This document shows positions 25,752 through 32,000 of a DNA stretch of 32,000 nucleotides, piece by piece. The stretch's first letter is position 1; each line of letters starts with the position of its first letter. Both the position numbers and the translations under genes were made by a program. Under the pieces are notes generated by a model, which was not told the DNA's origin, did no database searches, and was given only the letters and a program-made list of their open reading frames with translations. This DNA comes from Klebsiella phage phiKp_27. The stretch lies in sequence record LC768497.1; one strand, written 5' to 3'.

Positions 25752-26204
25752 ATGAAACTTACTTTCATCTATAACAACCGTAAATCTTTCACCGCGTCCA
25801 ACGTCGTAGAAAACAGTCTGGTTATCACCCGCGATAGCGAAGGGCGCCCGCATGTTAGCTATCAAAAAATCATTACCGTTGACGGCGCCACGGTATTAAA
25901 AGCCGTGACCGCTATCCTCCCGCGCCCCGCTGATTTTAAAGAGTCGGGCATTATCTCCCAACTGGTAGCCGCTGATTCGATTCTTTATGAGGCTGATATC
26001 TGCGAAACCGTGGAGATTGACGCGGTAGCCGCTGGCCTTATGTTTATCGTCGTAAGCGAAAACGAGTATGATGATACTTATCTGCTCGGCGACGTGATGA
26101 ACTACGGGGAAAGCGAATACACCTCGCCGCTCGCTATCGTCCCGGTGCTGGCTACCCGGATTAAACCGGCTGAATTAGCTGATGCCTTAACTTTATTCTT
26201 CTGA
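25752..26204 (+). CDS. acidic pre-early protein, unknown (150 aa)
   Basis: GCTGGAG RBS. Confidence 0.75.
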   Translation: MKLTFIYNNRKSFTASNVVENSLVITRDSEGRPHVSYQKIITVDGATVLKAVTAILPRPADFKESGIISQLVAADSILYEADICETVEIDAVAAGLMFIVVSENEYDDTYLLGDVMNYGESEYTSPLAIVPVLATRIKPAELADALTLFF

Positions 26205-26270
26205 TAATTAACAAAGCGAGTTATAATATAGCTCGCTTGATTAATTACCAACAACCCCGAAACCGGAGAA

Positions 26271-26993
26271 ATGAAAATGGCTTTTAATAAACTGGCAATC
26301 AAAACGATCAAGTTATGGGATTTAGACGGAACCGTTATTAATTCCTTTGCCCGTGTGTTCCCGTGTATGGATGATAAAGGGAACTTAGATTTAAACATGT
26401 ACCGGGAAAAGGCTTGCGTACATGATGCGATCATGACCGACACTCTTTTACCTTTGGTTGAATATATGCGGGCATCGCTTAACGATCCCACTGTATTAAA
26501 CATTATTGTTACCGCTCGTTATATGGGAAAAAGCGATTACTATTTCCTACGCAAACAACGTATCAGGGCGGGGCGCGGTGGCAATATCCAGATCTTGTCC
26601 CGCGACGTATTGCACCGATATATTGGCGATGCTGATTATAAATCGGTGTACTATGCAAAAGACGGTATCTATAAAACGCATTATTTCGAAATGCTTAAAG
26701 CTGAATACCCGAACGCTACTATCACCATGATAGACGATAATAAAGGCGTGCTGGCTGCTGCTGCTGCTGCTGGCCTTCAGACGATGGATGCAACGGCAAT
26801 CAACGATATTCTGTCTATTGGTGTGCGCCTTGCTGGTGAGTCATTCATAGATGAGGCGCTGGATGATGATAATGATTATCAATATCTTTGCGAGCGTTTG
26901 GCCCACTGCTGGGAAGGTATGACCGAAGAAGAAAGAAGTGATTATGGCGTCAAGCCGCAACAATTCATTCAATCATTAGCCATCGCATCATAA
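26271..26993 (+). CDS. dmp: 5'-deoxyribonucleotidase (T5 Dmp-like, HAD fold)
   Basis: LWDLDGTVIN, IIVTAR, MIDDNKG HAD motifs; 240 aa; terminal position as in T5. Confidence 0.85.
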   Translation: MKMAFNKLAIKTIKLWDLDGTVINSFARVFPCMDDKGNLDLNMYREKACVHDAIMTDTLLPLVEYMRASLNDPTVLNIIVTARYMGKSDYYFLRKQRIRAGRGGNIQILSRDVLHRYIGDADYKSVYYAKDGIYKTHYFEMLKAEYPNATITMIDDNKGVLAAAAAAGLQTMDATAINDILSIGVRLAGESFIDEALDDDNDYQYLCERLAHCWEGMTEEERSDYGVKPQQFIQSLAIAS

Positions 26994-26996
26994 GAA

Positions 26997-27074
26997 AGCT
27001 AATAGTACCCTAGCGAAATAGTTAGGGTACTAATAGTTAGCTAGGGGGGTAATCGGACTACCATACCACCCCCC
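26997..27074. repeat. two consecutive inverted repeats downstream of dmp
   Basis: AGTACCCTA/TAGGGTACT (27004-27031) and GGGGGGT/ACCCCCC (about 27044-27074). Confidence 0.75.
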
Positions 27075-27137
27075 GACCCTCTAAGCCCACCTCCATGTGT
27101 AACTTTATGAAATTACACAAAAAGGCTAAAGGGAGTA

Positions 27138-27599
27138 TTAAAAGGAACAACCCGAATCAAAACTACTACTGCTACTGCCGCTGTCGCAGTAAGAACTTCC
27201 CGAGTCATACCCGCTATACGTAGCAACTGCGGCAGTTGTAGCTATGATTGCAGCAGTCGACCCGTCATCGCTCCGAGAACTTCCCGAGTTCGATGAAGGA
27301 CTTCCCGAAACTTTCCGAGAATTCCCCGAGTTCCCCCGATTCTGCTTGCGTCTCGCGACCTGCGGTGTCACAGGGGGCACGTAGTACGGATTGCTCGGGT
27401 CTGTCCGCAGATCGTTCATGACTCGCTGGTGTTTTGAGATCGCTACTTGACGTTCCGCCCGAGTTTGAAGGATCTCTTGATGCAGACTTTTGTTACGAAG
27501 ATCTGCCGCTACTACCGCGTTCCTCAGGTCATGTGCCCGCACACCAAACCAAACTGCTGCCAGGAAAAAGAACGTTGTGAAAATTAGTACAATAGTCAT
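27138..27599 (-). CDS. membrane-anchored protein with Ser/Gly/Asp-rich C-terminus (153 aa)
   Basis: N-terminal TM IVLIFTTFFFLAAVWFGV; C-terminal DSGSSYCDSGSSSSSFDSGCSF; start follows upstream stop (GTGTAAAACATG). Confidence 0.7.
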   Translation of the reverse strand: MTIVLIFTTFFFLAAVWFGVRAHDLRNAVVAADLRNKSLHQEILQTRAERQVAISKHQRVMNDLRTDPSNPYYVPPVTPQVARRKQNRGNSGNSRKVSGSPSSNSGSSRSDDGSTAAIIATTAAVATYSGYDSGSSYCDSGSSSSSFDSGCSF

Positions 27600-27602
27600 G
27601 TT

Positions 27603-27827
27603 TTACACCATACCCTTAGTAATGTAGATTTTGTTTGCTGATTCTAGTTCTGCCTTGCATTCAGACAGGTTTAACTGCGCCTTGTGCAGCAAACGGGTTT
27701 GGCTGTCATAAGACTTTTGCAACACCCCGTTAGTGCGTTCTAGCTGTTTGATTGCCTTACCTTGCTTTACGGTAATGACAAATAGTACGATTGAGAGTAA
27801 AACAAGTGCTCCTATAACTACTTCCAT
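27603..27827 (-). CDS. membrane-anchored coiled-coil protein (74 aa)
   Basis: N-terminal TM; RBS TAGGAGG on minus strand. Confidence 0.7.
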   Translation of the reverse strand: MEVVIGALVLLSIVLFVITVKQGKAIKQLERTNGVLQKSYDSQTRLLHKAQLNLSECKAELESANKIYITKGMV

Positions 27828-27940
27828 AGTGGTCCTCCTAGATGGTTTTAAAAAATCTGGTTTACTTGGCGGTTGATTTAATTTATAATAATATTATATT
27901 ATAAAAGTCACTTGTTAGCAAGTGAGATTTTGAGGTTTTT

Positions 27941-29917
27941 ATGGGCTTTTACGCAGGAAGGATAGGCGACAAAAAAGTGTTGTCTCTCACCTCTGGCAAC
28001 AATAAAGACGTCAATAACCATACAAATCCAGGTTGGGATACTATATTCCATAGTGATATGCCTCACGTTGTAGTTTTAGAAACTCACGAAAGAGACCTCT
28101 GGGATGGTGGTGATTGGTATCGTTGTACTAGAATGCCAGACAGGATTATTCAGGTACTGTCTGCAGACTACGACAGGGTTGTCTTAACTGAAGTTGAGTT
28201 TGAGGATGGTACCAGACGTTTCATTTACGGTACATCCCTGGGTGTGGGCGCCAAGGCGTATAACGCTTACTTTAGTAATACTGTCGGTTCCCAGGTTTCT
28301 GCAGGTACTATGGCTAGTATGAAGACTAATGTTTGTGCTTCTGCAGACTTACACATGGATATTAGTTTCTATTTCGAAGAGACGCCCGGTACTATTAACG
28401 AGAAGCTACGAGATGGTACTGGGTGTATGTACACCTGGGGCGTTAACTCAGAATGGGGAGACAGAGGGCCTGGGCCGCCGGTTGGAGCTCCTATACCCCC
28501 TAACTTTCAAACAATTATTAAAGCCGGTTGGGTACTCTATAGGGGAGCTTTTAGTGGCAATATAGCCGGTTCTGTGTCTCCGCCCAATAGACCACTTACC
28601 ATCGGTGTAGATGCAATGCGCCACCCATGGATGCGTACCACAGGAGTTAATAGTATATGTTTGCGTGGTGAGACTCTCAATCGTAACATGTATGGACACA
28701 TGGGCCCTAGATATGGGCAGAGCTCCAATCCGGTCGGTGGGCCTTATGCTCATAACATCCAGACTGAGTCTTATCAGGAGATTCAGTACAAAGCAGGTTT
28801 TTTCCGTGGTCCGCCCAATAACTTTATGGGGTGGGAGAACACGGATAACAACAATGCTGGTAGTGGTTGGGGTAACAACGCTATTTATAGGGATAACAAC
28901 TTCCGTGTTCCTAAGCGTGTTCGCTGGTATATTACTAATATGAAATACAATGGGCAGGGGTTCTATGCAGAGGATGTATTTGGCTCTCGCAACCAAGAGA
29001 TTAAAATCAGCCCTAGAGAGTTCATTGTAAACGGTATAAACCTAATGAACACTGGGTGGAAGTTCATAAACCAGAACGATATAAACTACAGCCCAGGTAA
29101 TAGGCCTGATATCCGAGTTATTGCGACCAATGTTGCTAGATTTAGTGGCAACCCTACTGTTGGTAATAATGGATATGTTCACTTCAACCAGCCTCTAACT
29201 CGACCAGATAATGGTGCGGAATTTGGGCAAGGTAACATAAGTGAGATGCATGTAACCACTGTAGGAGTTTACAATTTTAGATCTGATGCGCAGTGGTATG
29301 TAAAATCTAACCCTCCGGAGATTGGAAACCAGTGGGGTCCAGTATGGTCTGAATCAACTCGACCTCTCCGCCTAGTGGGTGGTACCGGCTCTGCTGATAT
29401 TGGAGGGAACCTACGTACTAGCGGTAATGCTAGTCACCACCTGGCTACCTTATGGTTAGGGGTTAATAACTCCCGAAATGGGGCTTGCGTCGTCACTCTA
29501 GACTGGAAAAATGATGAGTGGATTGCTGCTGCAGGGATTGGGTGCTATAATCCTCTAGAAGACCTTACTCAGTGGAGCGAGGTAGATAGTAGGCTGAGAA
29601 TTTTCGGAAATCACTTCCAGAAACGTGTGCATCAAATCATGTGTTTGCCCGTTAACATGTGTGTGCCCTTCCACTTTATACGCGGGACCGTAACCCAGTG
29701 TGGGGTTATTCCTGGGAACAACGCCATGCAAATGAAGGCTATGTGGGCACCTGCTACTACTAACTCTGCTACTCAGGGAGACTACGCCATTATCTATTGG
29801 CTGATAGCTAGAGCTGACGGTAGTGTTGAGGTTTGGGTTAACGTTGAGATGATTAATATTATGAACATGCGGGTGATCCTTCCTGAGGTTAGGATTGCTG
29901 TGCAAAGGCTTGCCTAA
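27941..29917 (+). CDS. oad: receptor-binding tail protein (T5 pb5/Oad family)
   Basis: N-terminal pattern ([42 protein letters not shown]) and C-terminal LP...IQRL-like end agree with recalled T5 pb5; adjacent to terminase genes. Confidence 0.88.
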   Translation: MGFYAGRIGDKKVLSLTSGNNKDVNNHTNPGWDTIFHSDMPHVVVLETHERDLWDGGDWYRCTRMPDRIIQVLSADYDRVVLTEVEFEDGTRRFIYGTSLGVGAKAYNAYFSNTVGSQVSAGTMASMKTNVCASADLHMDISFYFEETPGTINEKLRDGTGCMYTWGVNSEWGDRGPGPPVGAPIPPNFQTIIKAGWVLYRGAFSGNIAGSVSPPNRPLTIGVDAMRHPWMRTTGVNSICLRGETLNRNMYGHMGPRYGQSSNPVGGPYAHNIQTESYQEIQYKAGFFRGPPNNFMGWENTDNNNAGSGWGNNAIYRDNNFRVPKRVRWYITNMKYNGQGFYAEDVFGSRNQEIKISPREFIVNGINLMNTGWKFINQNDINYSPGNRPDIRVIATNVARFSGNPTVGNNGYVHFNQPLTRPDNGAEFGQGNISEMHVTTVGVYNFRSDAQWYVKSNPPEIGNQWGPVWSESTRPLRLVGGTGSADIGGNLRTSGNASHHLATLWLGVNNSRNGACVVTLDWKNDEWIAAAGIGCYNPLEDLTQWSEVDSRLRIFGNHFQKRVHQIMCLPVNMCVPFHFIRGTVTQCGVIPGNNAMQMKAMWAPATTNSATQGDYAIIYWLIARADGSVEVWVNVEMINIMNMRVILPEVRIAVQRLA

Positions 29918-29927
29918 AGGAGGCAAT

Positions 29928-30401
29928 ATGAGCAATGATTTAATTGTACCAGATGCAATGTCTCCGGAAGGCATGCTAGTTATAGAGGCCTATCTGGAGT
30001 CCGGCAGCGACGTTGCGAAAGCAGCGTTAGCTGTTGGTATGGAGGAGCCCAAATTCCGTGAGATTATGCGTAAACCTGAGGTCAAAGCGTACCTCACGGA
30101 TATCTTCATGGAGTCTGGCTTCCGTAACCGTGATAAATTCTTTGGCATTCTAGACACTGTTCTAACTATGAAAATGGAGGAACTGGATGAAACTGGAATG
30201 GGTTCGGAGATGGATATTATGGATATCCTCAAACTCATGCACAAAATGAAGATGGATGAGATGAAGATGCAGATCGAGTATGAGAAGGTGAAGCAGGCTA
30301 AAGCTCCTGTACACCAGACTAATACTCAGATCAACTTGGCAGGTGGTCACGACTCTAACTACACGGATCTCCTGTCACGCATTGTGGGGGCAGGTAAATA
30401 A
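29928..30401 (+). CDS. terS: terminase small subunit (T5-like)
   Basis: AAAGGAGG RBS before [15 protein letters not shown]; TAATG overlap with terL. Confidence 0.75.
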   Translation: MSNDLIVPDAMSPEGMLVIEAYLESGSDVAKAALAVGMEEPKFREIMRKPEVKAYLTDIFMESGFRNRDKFFGILDTVLTMKMEELDETGMGSEMDIMDILKLMHKMKMDEMKMQIEYEKVKQAKAPVHQTNTQINLAGGHDSNYTDLLSRIVGAGK

Positions 30402-31717
30402 TGGAAATCTCACGTAGTTACATTAATACGACTGACGTGGTGGATTTTGGTGTTGATAAACGATTCTTTAAATTCCCGGTGTCCGGCTTGCTGGCCACCG
30501 AGGGTATCACCCCAAATGGTCCGCAGTGCGCAATCATAAACGCACTGGAAGACCCACGTCACCGTTTCATTACAGCATGCGTATCCCGTCGTGTTGGTAA
30601 GTCGTTCATTGCGTATACTCTAGGCTTCCTCAAGCTCCTAGAGCCTAACGTTAAGGTGCTCGTAGTAGCTCCGAACTACTCCCTGGCAAACATCGGGTGG
30701 GCGCAGATCAAAGGTCTGATTAAGAAATACGGCCTTCAAACTGAGCGTGAGAACGCCAAAGATAAAGAGATTGAACTTGCTAATGGTTCGCTCTTTAAGC
30801 TGGCTTCCGCTGCGCAGGCTGACTCCGCGGTTGGTCGTTCATACGACTTTATTATCTTTGACGAAGCAGCAATCTCCGACGTTGGTGGTGACGCTTTTGA
30901 TATTCAGCTCCGTCCTACACTGGATAAGCCTAACTCTAAAGCTCTGTTTATCTCTACTCCTCGTGGGGGTAACTGGTTCAAACGCTTCTACGAGCAGGGG
31001 TTCCGAGAGGATCTTCCTCAGTGGGTATCAATCCACGGTACATACCGAGATAACCCTCGCGTATCTCTTGCAGATATCGAGGAAGCACGTAAGACTGTAT
31101 CTAAGAACTATTTCAAACAGGAATATGAAGCTGACTTCTCCGTATTCGAAGGTCAGATCTACGATACCTTTAGCGTTTCCGAGCATGTACAGGATCTCGC
31201 AGGTATGGGTCACTTCTTTGCAGCAGACCACGAGTTCGAAACCATTCTAGGTATCGACGTTGGTTACAGAGACCCGACAGCAGTACTGACTATTAAGTAC
31301 CACTATGATCAGGATGTGTACTATATCCTTGAGGAGTACCAGCAGGCAGAGAAGACTACAGCACAGCATGCCATGTATATACAGCACTGTATAGACCGGT
31401 ATAATGTAGACCGTATCTTTGTTGACTCCGCAGCCGCACAGTTCCGACAGGACTTAGCATACGAGCATGAAATATCTTCCGCTCCTGCCAAAAAGTCTGT
31501 TCTAGATGGCCTGGCATGCCTAGCTGCTTTATTCCAACAGGGTAAGATCATTGTCGACGCCTCGTGTACTGCGTTAATTCACGCACTCCAGAACTACAAG
31601 TGGGACTTCCAGGAAGGGGAGGAGAAGCTCTCCAGAGAGAAACCTCGTCACGATGCCAACTCTCACTTATGTGATGCACTGCGTTACGGCATCTACTCGA
31701 TTTCCCGTGGCAAATAA
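30401..31717 (+). CDS. terL: terminase large subunit (438 aa, T5-like)
   Basis: Walker A CVSRRVGKSFIAY, Walker B DFIIFDEAA, ISTPRGG, nuclease GIDVGYRDPTA, HDANSHLCDALRYG. Confidence 0.95.
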   Translation: MEISRSYINTTDVVDFGVDKRFFKFPVSGLLATEGITPNGPQCAIINALEDPRHRFITACVSRRVGKSFIAYTLGFLKLLEPNVKVLVVAPNYSLANIGWAQIKGLIKKYGLQTERENAKDKEIELANGSLFKLASAAQADSAVGRSYDFIIFDEAAISDVGGDAFDIQLRPTLDKPNSKALFISTPRGGNWFKRFYEQGFREDLPQWVSIHGTYRDNPRVSLADIEEARKTVSKNYFKQEYEADFSVFEGQIYDTFSVSEHVQDLAGMGHFFAADHEFETILGIDVGYRDPTAVLTIKYHYDQDVYYILEEYQQAEKTTAQHAMYIQHCIDRYNVDRIFVDSAAAQFRQDLAYEHEISSAPAKKSVLDGLACLAALFQQGKIIVDASCTALIHALQNYKWDFQEGEEKLSREKPRHDANSHLCDALRYGIYSISRGK

Positions 31718-31795
31718 GAGCTGAGTTGGAACGGATAGTAGTGAGTACAAATTCCGTTCCAACTTTATAAAATTCACTTTACAATTTCGTGTGTG

Positions 31796-31900
31796 GCAGT
31801 TATAATATATTCATACCTTGAGAGATCTCATAGACATCAGGGTGAATGAGAGGAATATTTAATTGCTGTACCCGAAGTAGTATTTTCCCGACTAAGAGGA
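31796..31900 (+). promoter_or_regulatory. promoter/leader region
   Basis: GCAGTTATAATATATTCAT upstream, AAGAGGAGAAAC RBS near 31894. Confidence 0.5.
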
Positions 31901-31908
31901 GAAACACT

Positions 31909-32000
31909 TTGGCTTCCAATGTAAAATATAAGAGAGATGCAATCTCCATAATGCGTGACGGAATCAAAGCCCAATACAAAAGAGGCAACTGTTGCGCCAT
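31909..32000 (+). CDS. start of a gene using TTG start (MASNVKYKRDAISIMRDGIKAQYKRGNCCA...), partial, possibly HNH-like
   Basis: TTG 9 nt after AAGAGGAG; open to window end. Confidence 0.5.
   Translation, partial: MASNVKYKRDAISIMRDGIKAQYKRGNCCA

Noticed and set aside
27100-27130. GTGTAA...TTACAC hairpin as a terminator for the minus-strand pair
   Set aside because: The U-tract falls on the 5' side of the stem in the minus direction, and on + there is no U-tract after it; not a convincing terminator.
28448-28996. 182-aa minus ORF inside oad
   Set aside because: Antisense shadow ORF within the receptor-binding gene; no RBS, no neighbouring minus genes.
30747-31250. 167-aa ORF overlapping terL
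   Set aside because: Fully embedded in another frame of the well supported terL; no RBS.

Overview
This window looks like part of a T5-like siphophage (Demerecviridae/Tequintavirus-type), read in reverse relative to the usual T5 map. Positions 1-15.8 kb are a + strand early cassette of mostly small unknown genes. Recognisable members are a Rz/Rz1-like spanin pair, deoxynucleoside monophosphate kinase (dnk), a ClpP-like protease, T5-type holin and L-Ala-D-Glu peptidase endolysin, a thioredoxin-like protein and a calcineurin-like phosphatase. About 15.8-17.45 kb is noncoding: a strong promoter followed by a ~96-nt candidate structured RNA, then an 8-copy iteron array, palindromes, and a C-rich/G-poor strand. 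About 17.5-27.0 kb matches the T5 pre-early / first-step-transfer region by gene order (A2-like, small ORFs, A1-like, dmp-like) plus many uncharacterised small genes. From 27.1 kb there is a small minus-strand membrane-protein pair, then a pb5/oad-like receptor-binding protein, terS and terL. The pre-early block (about 10 kb, close to the T5 terminal repeat) is flanked on both sides by non-LTR genes, so this looks like a collapsed or circularised genome end. The most interesting unexplained items are: (1) the candidate structured RNA at 15901-15996; (2) two inverted copies of a control module, each with a near-consensus LexA/SOS-box sequence and DnaA-box-like sites, ~3.6 kb apart; (3) three overlapping minute membrane-protein ORFs on the minus strand at 17.55-17.94 kb, two absent from the ORF track; (4) repeated hairpins that carry TATAAT in the loop or stem flank in pre-early intergenic gaps; (5) an in-frame internal start inside the 320-aa pre-early gene. 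Homology calls are from sequence reading and recall; no database search was run.
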